Shown: positions 12,294 through 25,757, counted from the first letter of the stretch. The stretch is 37,636 nucleotides of DNA from Phoronis australis (GCA_002633005.1 NMRA01000221.1:598033-635668), one strand, 5' to 3'. Notes: generated from the sequence alone by a model not told the origin. Numbers and translations are program-made.

Positions 12294-12541
12294 GGGCCCG
12301 TTCCAACAAAACTGACTTAGCTAAGACAAATCTTAAATTTTTGTAAATTTCAAAATAAAAGTTAAATTTGCCTCAAAAACAATTCAAGAAAGAGATCTTA
12401 AATTTGTTTTAAGTGTTTGACATAAGTTTTGTCTTAATTTTGACTTACTTGCATAATGTGGAAGTTTCAAAGTTTGTAAGTTAACACAAATCTTAAACTT
12501 AAGTCAAAAATGAACTTAAGTCAGTTTCTTGGAACGGGCCC
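12294..12541. mobile_element. MITE with ~26-bp TIRs (PIF/Harbinger-like)
   Basis: gggcccgttccaacaaaactgactta ... taagtcagtttcttggaacgggccc; CTC on both flanks (possible 3-bp TSD); internally repetitive. Superfamily assignment is inference. Confidence 0.85.
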
Positions 12542-14396
12542 CTCATCTTTCTCTCTTATTGAAGTGTGACAAGTGATAAAATCAGATTTCGGTGGAATCG
12601 CTTAAACGATTAGCATCTTGTAAAAATGGCAAAACTCAGTAAAGTGATTATGTATTTTGTGTTATGATTATCAGGTAATAAAGTGACACTTAGCAGCTGA
12701 CCGGAGGGGGGAGGGCACGGGTTAAACCTCTGGGGTTGCAGCACAGGTTAGATTCATTCGAAAACATGCATGAAAATAATAATAGTTTTTGGCCAAGTTA
12801 GAAGTCAGAAATGGAAAACAAAAACGACATTAGAATGCAGCATGTAAAAAGCGTTTCGATGTTAATCAAAAGTCATCCTCAGGTACAATAGTAAACAGAA
12901 AACAAAGTATCGTAACAGAATATTAGATTGATAATGAACGTCGTTTTCAAACATGCATGTGCCATCGTTTCCGTGATGAAAACGTTTTGGCCAAATTTCA
13001 CGAAATTCCGTCAAAGAAATCTAGTTATAGAAACTGTCACCAGAGGTCAGCACTAGTCGAAGTAATCGACTGATTTGATCGTCATAGAAACATATTTTCA
13101 AAAACTAATGAAGCCTCTTGATGAGGTTTATGAGATACAGCTGCATACTGCCCGTAATCAGGCACTGTAAAACACTCGTTGGTATGTCTTTTTTATCAGA
13201 TGTTACTCAAAAACAAGCAAAGAGCCCATTTTCATTTTTTTATTTTCTTAGTCAGACAGCAAACTGGTGAAAAATATCATATATCATTAGAAATCACCAC
13301 CATCCGGCCAGCTGGCCCAATAGCACATCAAAATGACTAAAAATCAATTGGAGAAAAACAACTTCACTAACTGAACCTTTTTACATACGGGCTATTTTGA
13401 GCCAAGATATTCATGATGCTCTAACGTAAAAAATGGCCCAAAATATTGAACATGTGTCACTTGGATGTATGTACGCACTATGTTTTCCGAGATCTATGTC
13501 GGTGAGCCTGGAGTCGACCTTTTGGTTCGTCTCGTGGATTGGCAGTTAATAGCCCTTGCCTCCTTACAAAAGGATCCCTTTCCGAGCTAATCGTCTCCGA
13601 AAGATTCCATTTTTGCAACAGTGCAAAACACTGTGCAAAAGGATTTGTTATGCGAAACACATTGTGCGAAAGTTTGTGTGGATCCCTTTGAATCGTATTT
13701 GTCCTCTAAAGGCGAGATTTCCATGCAGGCTTTTTAAAAAGATGAAGTGCGCCAGTTTCCCTGCCATACACTTCGTCAGATGTTGAGTCCCTGTCCTCCC
13801 CCGGGAAATATTTTCACGTTGAAACTTATCCAGGGATAATGTTGCTTGGTTTACATGTTCAAAGAGTTCGTGTGTTGTACATGTATGGGATTTAGGCTTC
13901 ATGAACACAACAGAAAAGGCTGTTCAAATGTGTGTCAAATATTTCACAGCTCTGCCGGCGCTAAATTGCACAATATAATAATGATCTTTATTTCAGCATC
14001 ACATTGACAGCAATACCAAGATCCTGGTAATGTCTATTATTTTTATTGTATCAGAATCAGATGACATGTAGTGATTATGCAAAATTCCTGACAACCGCAC
14101 TTGTTTATGTCAGACTTGAACACATGACCTTTTAGGTTAATGAAGTGGCGAGGTTGCGCATCGTCTAGAATAATACTCCCCAATTTTTTAATGAAATTGT
14201 TAGAAATAGAAACTTTAAGGCACTCTTGGGTTCAGATTCTACGTATGTTTTACGAACAACAGCATCCTTCATTCAACAAGCAATGGCAATTAGGAGCGAA
14301 GTTGTGAGTATTTGATGAATTGGTGAGAGTATAGTGTTTGTATGTTAATATGTTGAACCGTGGGCCGATGGCCCTATGAGTTTTGAAATAAACGAT

Positions 14397-14430
<34 letters not shown>
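14397..14430. repeat. (TTG)n microsatellite
   Basis: Directly visible trinucleotide run. Confidence 0.95.
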
Positions 14431-14431
<1 letters not shown>

Positions 14432-16636
14432 AATTGAAATCGCACCCACTTGAAAGAACACGTTTCTTTCGTGAGGAATAACAATTGAAATAAAAACCCC
14501 CTCAGTTTCAAATGATGCACAGGTGCCATAAAACCCAGACCTCAGCAAAAGTTTTCAAATAAGACATAACTGATATATTTTAACATCAATTGCGCAAGGA
14601 CCTGTTACGAATAATTTTTGTCCGCTGTGAAAATTGAAATTAGTTTCCTATTCATGTTTTTGTATTACCTTCTTTAAGTGTGATAAATACTTTCATTTTT
14701 CCATTCCAGGAACTCAGTAGTCATTATTTGTCTGCTTGTCAATAACTCACCTGGGATTTTTTTTTTATTCATAAATGCTTTTAACATCCAGTGGCATGTT
14801 TACCTAGCATCAAATTACCTATGCAGTAAGATAATATTCACCTTACCTTTTTTGCATAAAAATCGCCCAGGTGAACAAACAGTGTATCCTCGCATGCAAT
14901 CACATTGAGTCTAAAGTGAGAGACCAAACAAAGATATATTTCTTGCCGAATTGTCTTGATCTTCACAATCAACGTGGAACTGTAGAAAACGTAATACGAC
15001 GTCCAAATGTACGTGTAGATTTTGTAAATGGACTGAAGATAATTTAACCGCAATACTAGAAACTCAGTGCAGAAGCTCTAATCAGCTGTCTCAGGTACGA
15101 CTTACGATTTCTACGGCGTTACTGAGCGCTACACAGTATTGATAGATTTCGGCCAAAGTTTATATTTGGGTGACGGTCTCGACTCGTTCTTTCGCACAAT
15201 ATAAGTGAGTAATGGCCTTGACGGCTCGATATTGCGAGCGAATAGGCGCATATGCCTAAATCGAATTTGTTGTAGCCAGTCATGTTATAATTATGGCCAA
15301 GACAACTTTCATATTATTATTCTGTTAAGATATCACGCGCTTTATTTTACGTTTTTGCTACTGCCTGAGAGATGGGTGAGAGAGATATGTTTACTAACTT
15401 ATGCAACAAAATGCTATATATTGATTCAGTCAAAACCCGCTTCGTTGAGGACCACTGTGGTTTGAAGCGTGTTTCGTCACGAACACTCATATAATATTTT
15501 CGATTCCGCGCTGTAGCTGGTATCAGGGCGAACACTAATAAACCATAACCTAAATTTTGGGGGGAAATTTACTCCTTGGTTTTAGTTTGGTACTCCATGC
15601 ATAATGTCGTGTATGCGTGCATAATTATGTGTTTGGGGCTCAGTAGTAGCATATACGGTATACTTCAGAATTTTGAAGACTGGTACAATTTTTAAAGCGT
15701 GAGTGATAATCATGATATTTGAATAGTTTGTTGTATTTATGCATTTTGAGGAAACACCTGGAACGCACCAAAATTTTTTCGTGTTTTGAAATAGTCGTAA
15801 TCCAGTCCGGCATGTTGAATGTTTTCGTTACTCGGATATTGTACTCGTGGCATTTGACAAATATCTACTGCCTATGCGTGCACGCATCAGGGTAGAATAA
15901 ACGATAGTATTAAAGATGCGATAAACCAGGAAATTCTGTTAAAAACTAGTTCGGTTCTTGCCCCGTGTCCCTATAAGCTCGGGTCTGGCATTTTCCTTTA
16001 GTCACGGTTACAAAACCCATTACGAAAGTTTGCGAACATCGTACAAACAATTTTTGGTATTGCATGCGAACGAACTCGTGAGGTGGCCCTTCATAAGCCG
16101 ACGTTGGTATTTTTCCGGACGCTTAGCAAAGCCCCTCGACGCAGCGCGGCCTCAAATGCTTTTCAAACACCTTAGACCTACACCGGATATGTGTGGATAA
16201 GTTACAGTCAGGAAGAGATTTCAGAACCAACAAAACCTGACGGCAAACGTAAAAATGTCTAAAACTATTTTTGTTTGCCCATTTGTCTTAAGCCCTAAGA
16301 ACGGGAGATTTGTATGATGTTCACGCATGGCGTCACAATTAAAAGGCGTCCCTCAAACGCTCCTAAGGTGAAACTATCTCACCTGTGCAACTGAAGCGTC
16401 CTTTGGGGTGTTAGACAAATTAGCAGGGTCCTCATTCCACTACCTGCAAATTGTTCGCCAAACCTTGCGAAGGCTCCCAGTTGGGTACAAGACAGATGCA
16501 TTGGCTTAGCGAGAATTTGAAAACAAAATTTTCGGTAACAACAATGCGAGTCCTTGCAACTTTCTTGGGTGCAACCCCTTGCGAATGTTTTAAGAAATGT
16601 TGTAGATTCCATCGTAAAGGCGTTTTCGAGTTGTCG

Positions 16637-17310
16637 CTACGTTGATCTGTCCAGTGAAGTGGGATGTAATGTCAGGGGGTGAAATGCCACCTCAGTGTGC
16701 TTTAAAGGGTGACGCCACTGGCCTATGTTGTCCACGTGGTGGTAACCTCGAGTATATGTCCTAAACTGCTCTCCTGTACAGTACAGAGAGAATTGCAGTG
16801 CGGGATTCATGGGGGAGGCAAATAAAAGAATTGCTCTTGGTGCTCCTTCGAAATAAACCCATACCCCCTTATCAAAGTAGACCCCCCTGAGAGGAAGAGC
16901 GCAGCATTGTGTTATGATGTGCAATTGAACAAAGCTGGCAATCGTACATATGCCGAATGCGACAATATATGCCGTAAATGTGGAAACGCTTAAACAATTT
17001 GAGCACCACAACACAATGCTGTGGTATTCGACTGGCAAAAAATACCCTTTTCGCGGAAATCTTGTCTGTCCAGCTGAAACGTTAGTGTTTTAGCTAGTAT
17101 TTTGAAACTGTTAGTAGGGTTTTCGCCATCTGACGTGAACCCAGTGTCTAGTAAGTGAAGACATGGGCTAATCAAAATAGCGATGAGGATCATTTCCGGG
17201 AGATGAAGTGTCAGTATTTTTGTGATTGTAGAACTACGGTGAATAGGATATTTTGGAAGAACAGCTGCGACGAATTCGTCAATTTTCTCATTAAAACCAA
17301 AGACAGTCGA
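16637..17310 (-). pseudogene. Possible frameshifted remnant of a class A GPCR (TM5-TM7/helix 8)
   Basis: Frame A: KILTLHLPEMILIAILIS (TM5-like Pro). Frame B: YIVAFGICTIASFV (FxxCxxP-like) and MNPALQFSLYCTGEQFR (resembles NSAINFxLYCxxGxxFR of invertebrate peptide receptors). Motif resemblance only. Confidence 0.35.
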
Positions 17311-18499
17311 TTAAAAATTGGTTTTGGCGTTATTTACTAATACATTTGTGATAGTTTTAACACCATTTGACTGGCAAATACAAATAGGTCGACCAATCTG
17401 CTTCTGATTGTACATGTTTTTCTTCTCACATTCTACACAATAGGCCTATAAGTCCGCATACATGCACAAGTATGTGTACCCATTTTGCACGTTGCACACA
17501 CTACTTGCAAATTTCTAGGCACTCTTTATTTTCCGTTCTTCATTACACGCTCAGCGCCTCTGCTGTTGTACTCATCTTTTCTGGACACTGTTATTGATTT
17601 CTACTCAAATGAATATCATTTTTGTTAACTGCAGTTTTATGTCGAGTCACGCAAGAGAATACACAAACTTCGTTATGGCAAAGTTAAGTACCGTTCTCAC
17701 TACGAGTTAATTTAAATCAAGTTACACCTGTAACGAGATACGTATTTTCACTTGTCCTTGTCTTTGTAAAGTGTTGCGCTTTCGTGTTCACGGTACACCA
17801 GGCTTGGTAGCGATATCTATGAATTGTCTATGATTCTAAGTGTCGAATAAATGCTGCTAAACTTAAACGAATGCTTTTTCACAACAAATCACCAGGGGAC
17901 ACACTGAATGTATTTTTGTTTGGTGTATTTTCATTAACGAGACGATGTTTTAATTAGACCAAAATGTGTCTTTAGTTGATGTTTGTCGCGCTTGTAAGGT
18001 AACACCCAAAGAATACTCAGAGGAAACTATTTGAAGTTTTTTGTAATAATACCTGGCCAAAGCAAGTTCAACCGAGCGACAAACTCATTTTTGTGCTACC
18101 ATTTCAATAGACTGAATTTGAACAATGCATAAAAACCACAATGAAACTAGTATTCATGTGCTTTACTTTGTTGTAGCCTTCAGGAGCATGAAACAGATAA
18201 AGGCGCTAAATGAATGTTTTATTGCTTTGACTTGCAATGAATGCATTGCTAGGTAGACTGAGAAAATGTCCCTCATATATTACTTGTGATGAATGCCGAG
18301 TAAGCATATTTGATGTTCAGAAATTGAACTAAGTTAGTTTGAGCCGGCTCAGTGCATTCGATGTGCCACGTTGCCTTTTGTATAAGGAATCAGACAAGAA
18401 ATGCTGAAATATTTCTGAAAACTATGATGGAATCTATGATTGCCATAACAAATTTGCCGTGGCAGACGGCTTCCCAAACTTGGCAGCAGTCGAAGAGCT

Positions 18500-18902
18500 G
18501 GGCCCGGTCTCTAATCTTTGTACTCGAAACGAACTCGAAACTATTTTTGGCAATTTCTCTGCTCCTTTTGTGCGAACTTAAGATAATTGGCTATCAGACT
18601 GTGCTCGAATATATTATAGTTTATGCATTGGAGTTTTTAGTTCAAGTTTGCCCTTAAGGACCCTTATATTCGTGCTACAAACTCAAGTAAAAACTCGAAA
18701 TTTCGAGTTCAAACTCAAACTTATTGCTTTAATATTGGGTTTACAAACTGTTAACTAAGGGCAATAAATTATCTGCGTAAGTTATTGTGTACTCCAGCAT
18801 AGAATAATAAACACTTATCTTGAGTTTGCCCAAAAGTTGAGTAGAAAATGCCAAACCTAATTTCGAGTTCCATTTCGAGTAAAAAGATTGGAGACCGGGC
18901 CC
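18500..18902. mobile_element. MITE with ~42-bp imperfect TIRs (PIF/Harbinger-like)
   Basis: gggcccggtctctaatctttgtactcgaaacgaactcgaaa ... tttcgagttccatttcgagtaaaaagattggagaccgggccc; CTG/CAG at the termini; internal repeats of actcgaaa. Confidence 0.88.
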
Positions 18903-21369
18903 AGAACTGATATTCACGTCATAAAATACATGTCATTTTCGCAAACTAGTCGAAACCATTGCGCAGTTTGACCATTCACGTTCAGGTCTTCAGCTGGCAT
19001 GCAGACAACTAACTAAAAATCTGTTTAAATCAATGGAAAATATTAACGTTTAACTTAGTTGTCGTTGTCCTGCTTCAGCGTCGAGTTCTACACATAACTG
19101 TTCAGGCCAACGCTTCACTGGGGGATCGAAATCTGCTAATTAGTTTTAACGTTGTGCAAATGAGGGCCCTTGACACATCAAACCCAATTAACATCCGGTC
19201 CGTCCTACAAACTGAAATCTCAAAGAAACGCCCAAAAACTGACGGCAGGCCGACTTTGATTAAAGTTCAACAATTTCCATTATTATAAGTATTCATGTAC
19301 CACTTATAGATTAGTTTGAAGTCACGTGACAAAACTTTTAAATACTTAGGGACGCTTGATATGCTACAGGGTATTAAGATAACGTCAGATCCAAGGGTAA
19401 ATTTGTTTCCACTGCCCGCCGCCATACCAGCACTAGTACTAGCACTAGTTTCACTATTGATTATCACCCAGTTCACTTTCCTGGTATCGCTCTTGTAGTG
19501 TGGATGGGCCTGGTCCCCTTGAAAATTGCAAGGGCTCCAAAATCGCAGTTTAGAGGCGTCAAATCAGAAAATGTACTGCTTCAAACTGTGTACATAACGT
19601 TTCACTATTCGTTATTTTGGCTCTAACAAAGTTTGTAGTCTTTTCCTTACATGACGGAGAGCGCTGTTTTGTAGTTTTTACGACGCGCCCTGTCACGAAT
19701 GTCGTTGTTGCCTAGTGCCTTGTGGATCCGACACAGGATCTTCAACTGTCAGATGTCAAGTGGTCTAAAAATCAGAAGCTACAATTTGCGGATTTAGATC
19801 TATCACTACCGCGGGAAAAATTGCCCTGTGTAAACTTCGAATGAACAAATGAATTATCCCATATGTAATTGGAGAAGAAATGGGTGACTAAACATGTTCC
19901 GTCAAAATTATGCCATTAAATTGTTGGATTTGTGCCAAGGCGTTCTTTTTGGTTTCCAGGAGGATAAAAAACATATCGGTTCCTTTTCTTTATTTGTGTT
20001 TTGTTAGCCATAACATGTACGCTGTCCAAACAAAATTGACAGATCACATTCACGAATGCTGCAAATAAAGCTGTAGATGAGGGGTGCATTTTCTCACATG
20101 GACCCGGCTACAAAAAACTGTCTACACCGCTTTTGTGGAAGTCCCTTCCACACGGTGCGCTAGTGGGACGTAGACGCACAAATACGGAGTGCACCACGTG
20201 TTTCCTTTTTAACTCGGCTAAGACTTAGATAACTCAATCTTGACACGCTGGTTTATACACAGGTATACACTGCGAAGTGACGAGTTTCATCACATAGCTA
20301 AGGAAGCGTAGAAAAAAGTGGCTAAACCAAGAATACAGACCATTTTGTAATCATTATAAGTTTTACCTATATGTAGGTGGTGCTACCGCCCTTCGTTTAC
20401 CACTAACAGATATTTGATTACCATGCATTGTTTAGATTATTACATTATAATTTGTGGGACAGTGCATTAGTACGCCTAACAAGTAGTGACACATCTGAAT
20501 ATCTTCTTTGCTTGCAATACTCGGCGAAAACTCACGATGTCTTGCTTTTCTAGCAAGAAACAAGGTCTACGGAACGCACGCCAGGAATCAAATGTTGACC
20601 AAGTGTCCCGCGGAACTTCAACAGTATAAGGTGATAAATTGAAGATTTTGTAACTGTATCCTTGTCATTCTTGCTTCAATTCAGCTATTTAGTTGACCTG
20701 AACATTCGGTTCATAAGCAAACATTGAACGCTGCAGCTGTCGGCGATAGTTCACGAAAATGTTCGTGTAATTACGAGGACTTTGAAGCGAACAAGTAAAC
20801 AAAAGTAAAGCGAACGTGTATGTGAAAAAATAGTTATTACTTATTTGAGATTAAAATGACTGGTTAAAATATTATTGTAGTTATTGATTTTAGAGTAATT
20901 ACATTAGAAAGTTATGTTTTAACCTAGCCGACATTCAAGCTCTTGACCTTTTAGTCACCCGACACAAATTACGCATGCTAACGGACTCGATGATTTCTCG
21001 TTATAGCTACATGAACATTATGGAATCGCTACGAAATAATCTTAAAAATAATTATAACAGAGATGCTGCACTCTAAAAGTACCCATCTCACTCAGAATTA
21101 GTTCACAGAGTATGTTTACGAACAGAGCTCAGTAAAGAATTCAGCCCGTCTCAAATCAAAGCCAAGCCTAAAGAAGATATTTAGGCATTGATTCCCAGCT
21201 ATTGCTTGAAAAAAGTGTTGTTTTAGTAAATTTGGCAATTACATGTTTTATAAAAATGATCTGATAATGGAAGAGTATGTTAAATGTTCATACACTAAAA
21301 AGCATTTAGCTGCTTTTGCTGTTTCTTATCTAGATCTGTAAATCCTTCATGAAAATGAAAGATGTTCAG

Positions 21370-21478
21370 GAACCTCAAGAGCGTTTGTGTACGCCATGTT
21401 CTAAAAGAGTAGGTGAAGAATGAAATTTATTTTTACTCGATTGCCCTGCATATGCTGATTTGAGAGAAAATTATTGAA
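21370..21478 (+). mobile_element. Degenerate 3' end of a LINE ORF2 (C-terminal zinc knuckle)
   Basis: EPQERLCTPCSKRVGEE*NLFLLDCPAYADLRENY matches the ERLCxxC....EDExHFLLxCPxYxxLR pattern of L2/RTE-X-like ORF2 C-termini; the true extent is probably larger. Confidence 0.65.
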
Positions 21479-21836
21479 TTTTCCCTAGGCTTGTAAATCA
21501 GGAAAGTTTTATAATTATGTCTGAACATGAGGTTTGGAAATTAGCCAGTTATCAATTGTGTTCCAAAAAGGCTTACCAACTGACGTGCTATTTTTGTGGT
21601 TGAACTTGCTGATAACGCGTCATATTCGGGCTGTGAATAAGCACAAGGGATGGTTGCCAATGAAATTATATTTAACGATTTTTTCTCTGAAAATGCTAAC
21701 CAAACACAACTCGCACAATTGTGATGGCAATTTTAATAAAGGACTTCGTTAATTTTGCATGCTTTGGCTGTCCACGCCACGTAAACCAACCGAGATTATC
21801 TTTACACACTTAGCCTGACGTTCAAAATTCGTTTGT

Positions 21837-22683
21837 NNNNNNNNNNNNNNNNNNNNNNNNNNNNNNNNNNNNNNNNNNNNNNNNNNNNNNNNNNNNNNNN
21901 NNNNNNNNNNNNNNNNNNNNNNNNNNNNNNNNNNNNNNNNNNNNNNNNNNNNNNNNNNNNNNNNNNNNNNNNNNNNNNNNNNNNNNNNNNNNNNNNNNNN
22001 NNNNNNNNNNNNNNNNNNNNNNNNNNNNNNNNNNNNNNNNNNNNNNNNNNNNNNNNNNNNNNNNNNNNNNNNNNNNNNNNNNNNNNNNNNNNNNNNNNNN
22101 NNNNNNNNNNNNNNNNNNNNNNNNNNNNNNNNNNNNNNNNNNNNNNNNNNNNNNNNNNNNNNNNNNNNNNNNNNNNNNNNNNNNNNNNNNNNNNNNNNNN
22201 NNNNNNNNNNNNNNNNNNNNNNNNNNNNNNNNNNNNNNNNNNNNNNNNNNNNNNNNNNNNNNNNNNNNNNNNNNNNNNNNNNNNNNNNNNNNNNNNNNNN
22301 NNNNNNNNNNNNNNNNNNNNNNNNNNNNNNNNNNNNNNNNNNNNNNNNNNNNNNNNNNNNNNNNNNNNNNNNNNNNNNNNNNNNNNNNNNNNNNNNNNNN
22401 NNNNNNNNNNNNNNNNNNNNNNNNNNNNNNNNNNNNNNNNNNNNNNNNNNNNNNNNNNNNNNNNNNNNNNNNNNNNNNNNNNNNNNNNNNNNNNNNNNNN
22501 NNNNNNNNNNNNNNNNNNNNNNNNNNNNNNNNNNNNNNNNNNNNNNNNNNNNNNNNNNNNNNNNNNNNNNNNNNNNNNNNNNNNNNNNNNNNNNNNNNNN
22601 NNNNNNNNNNNNNNNNNNNNNNNNNNNNNNNNNNNNNNNNNNNNNNNNNNNNNNNNNNNNNNNNNNNNNNNNNNNNNNNNNNN
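21837..22683. other. Assembly gap (N run)
   Basis: 847 Ns. Confidence 1.
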
Positions 22684-23364
22684 TTCAGCCTCATCACAAG
22701 CAGCTTCTGCCTGTTTTCTTGCCGCCTCTACTTGTTTTTCCAACTCAGCAATAGCTTTCTCTTCATTAACTTTGACTTGACGAGTGATCTCTGCCAGGAA
22801 ATCACTGTATACACGTTTTATCTCATTCTTACAAGCATTTTGTTGCTGGGCATAACTTTGTGCAACTTGCTGTCGTTTATCGCGCAACATTTCCCAGTGC
22901 TGCGTAACATCTCGCCAAGGTTTCAACAAATCACCCATCACCTCAATGGCGTTTTTTGCAGCAACGTCTAAAGCTTTCAGTTTGTGTTGATTATGACTTG
23001 AAGTTACACAATGTAAACATATGGCCACATCGCACTGTTCACAGTGCAGTTCCAAAACTCGGCCTCCATGAGCTGAACAATGCATTTTATTCATGCTGTC
23101 ATTATTCAAAACAATGTCACAGATACCGGCATGAAAAAAGTTATGTTGGAAGCCAGTGGCACCTTCTCTTGGAACAGGAAATTGTGTTTTGCACAGCGGA
23201 CATGGAAATTCACCACTTTGCCCCTGTTCTGTCATGTGACTGTTCAAGCAGTCTTCGCAGAATGAGTGAAGACATGGCAAAACCCTCTGATCACTGGATC
23301 GCTCAAAACACACGGGGCACTCCACCAGTCGACGCAGCTGGGCAACTGGATCGTTCGACGCCAT
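22684..23364 (-). CDS. TRIM/RBCC E3 ubiquitin ligase (TRIM2/3/45/56-like), first coding exon, truncated by the gap
   Basis: Acceptor ctgcag|GAC ATG GCG (exon starts 23367). RING C3HC4 CPVC..LPCLHSFCEDC..CPLC, B-box2 CSAH..CEQCDVAICLHC..HNQH, then coiled coil; frame open into the Ns. Confidence 0.92.
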
Positions 23365-24062
23365 GTCCTGCAGACAGAAAATAATTATAATCACTCGAGA
23401 CATATTTCAGCATCATACCCGTGTTTTTCAATGAACTAACCTTTGATAACCCATAGACATTAAACTGGGGCTTATCATTATCAAAGGTCATTCACTTCGT
23501 TGTACATGGAAGTAAAACAGTTCTAGACAAGTTAATGCAAATTCAAAGGCTGCAGTTTTTTATCAGAGCAAAATGTTGACTATTGTTTGCATTAGTTCTT
23601 ATTAACATGTAACAACAACCAACATAAGGATATATATAGGACCTTATTGACAATTAGCCAAATATCTGTACACTGTAAATCTATAGAGCGAAAGTATATA
23701 TTTCTGAAAGGCAAATTTAAATAGAACTCAATAGTTGACTTGATACCACTAATCTGCCATTAATAAACACAAGTGATTATGCTTTTATCGTAAAATTTAG
23801 AAAAAGAAAAGTACAAAACGAGATCAATTCCATGACCTATTTAATGACCTATTTACGTATAAATGCTATAAAATAAAATCTCAACATTCTTGTCATAGTT
23901 TTGTCTTAATTATCGTTTCCTTTTCATATTATGCAACCTTCATTTTTTCATAAAAAAATAATTGCAGGCGGTCTGATACACGTTGTACCAGACATGTGCA
24001 GGCCTCGCATGTGGGCCCATTGCAGTGATCGCCTGGAAACATTTTTGTGCTTTATTAATATA

Positions 24063-24175
24063 TGGTTAAAACCGAGCTGAGGAGCTAGAAACCTGGCTCA
24101 AGGGTTTAGCAGTGTGACATGGTGGGATTTGAGTAAAGAAAGCGGGCACTTATCAACCAGGCCACACTGCCTCCT
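24063..24175 (-). mobile_element. Degenerate tRNA-derived SINE head (CORE/V-like)
   Basis: Minus strand GGAGGCAGTGTGGCCTGGTTG (A-box-like), TCAAATCCC (partial B box), CCCTTGAGCCAGG (resembles the CORE/V CCTTGRGCAAG motif). Confidence 0.5.
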
Positions 24176-24870
24176 CATTTTTTCATAAACATCAATCCTG
24201 CTTTTTGGTAATCCCTAATGCAAAAGTGGAACATTTTAAACCAACATCTAACAATATTTTGTAGTACAGTGCATAAAGCGTAATATTTTTAAGTTGAATG
24301 TAACCTCGTTCAGCCACTCTGAGGTAGTGTATGATGTTCCAGGGGATATGACATCACATCTTCTGGCGCGAGCAGTTGGGCAACTGAGAACGAAGGGTTG
24401 TTCAAAAAAGTTTGATTGTGCGAGTATTTGTTTGAGTTGGAAGGAAATACAGACATCTCCTAAGTTACTAATACCAACATAATCAATATGAGACATAATT
24501 TGCCAAAAAGCTTCCGGCGTATGGAGGGCCTTTGGGATGCCTACGTCTCCACTGTGGCCAGCTGAGAAGGTGGTACCAAGGAGTGTAACTCAGCTGGTAC
24601 TGTCTAAGGCTAGCCTAGACACAAACTTACAGCAAGCCCCACAAGACAACTAGCTGTATGAAGACAAACAGCTTTACATCAAGTTTAGTTAGCTTGTAGC
24701 AAGGCTTAGTAAGTAAGAAAATAAATGAATTGTTTATTACATATTGTTACGGAAAAATAGGACAAGAAAACATTAACATTAACACATTCCACATTAAACT
24801 ACAATACCTTGAACTATGTACAAAGACAAAACATATGAAATTTGTACAATGAAAACAAACCTTTATTTCA

Positions 24871-25089
24871 TTAATCAATTTGAAAAGACACTGTTATACA
24901 CCAAGTGCAACTAAGAAAGGGACATTCTATTTCCAAAAAAACTTGACAGCATTCTAGTGATTCTACAACTTTATACCAGGCAGTACAACACCGAGGGACA
25001 ACGTAACATTTCATGTCTACGCCATCATGTAGGCCTACGCGTTGTTCTACAAAGTTCGTCCGCTGATTCCACAGTCTCTGCCATGACAT
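24871..25089 (-). CDS. Hypothetical 72-aa Cys-rich small ORF
   Basis: ATG-initiated ORF with 8 Cys in the C-terminal 45 aa; AATAAA 3 nt after the stop (24867-24862); no recognised family. Confidence 0.25.
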   Translation of the reverse strand: MSWQRLWNQRTNFVEQRVGLHDGVDMKCYVVPRCCTAWYKVVESLECCQVFLEIECPFLSCTWCITVSFQID

Positions 25090-25757
25090 ATGATTGGGGC
25101 TTAAAAAGGTGTCGCGGATTCTTTACTTCAAAAAAGTATATTCTTAATCTTTACAAACTTTCATTTTAGATGCATGATAGCGTAAAACTTACTGAAACAA
25201 AACGACTGTAGTTTCCCGCTCAACGCTGAACAGACTTCGGTCGACACGTCCGACTGCTGTGAAGTAACTTCGTGATCTGCGCCAAGATACTGTGTAACTA
25301 CAATATCTTTGTCTGCGCTTACAGGGTCACGCGCGTTTATTTATGGCAACATAGACTATAGATTATAGACAACAGATTCGCAACTCCGGCATATTCTTAC
25401 GAGCTGAGTTGACCTCTAATGACCTATCTGCTGCAGTTTCCGGTCAGTTTTAATTTGACGAGAAATACCTGCATCTACTTTACTGTCCAAAACAGCGAAA
25501 AAAACATTAATTTATATTATTTTCGGTATTGAAACGCTTTTAAAAGTCTTTTAATAGTAGAAGTGTTGGTATTGTGAGTACTTTTGGCAATGCTACTGGT
25601 AATTAATTTCAAAATTCAAACTTCGGTTCCGACCCTTTATGTCGTCTGCTTGCCCAATAGCAGCATAGTTATCGGACAGTTTTTGATTTACGGTTCACAT
25701 AGCCGCCTACTGAGAAAACTACGAAAGCGTGTTGATAAATCAACATTCTCAAGTGAG

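Noticed and set aside
13478-13908. Cluster of 60-86 aa ORFs
   Set aside because: No family motif or consistent splice model found; left unannotated
16790-16820. MNPA in ORF 16637-17038 as a second aquaporin
   Set aside because: Flanking segments do not follow MIP order; the context fits a GPCR TM7/helix 8 better
21802-22780. Long ORFs of 533, 291 and 315 aa
   Set aside because: Lengths are artefacts of translating the N gap; only 22684-23364 is real coding sequence
24248-24496. Overlapping 82-aa and 62-aa ORFs in the presumed TRIM intron
   Set aside because: No recognisable domain; probably decayed repeat sequence
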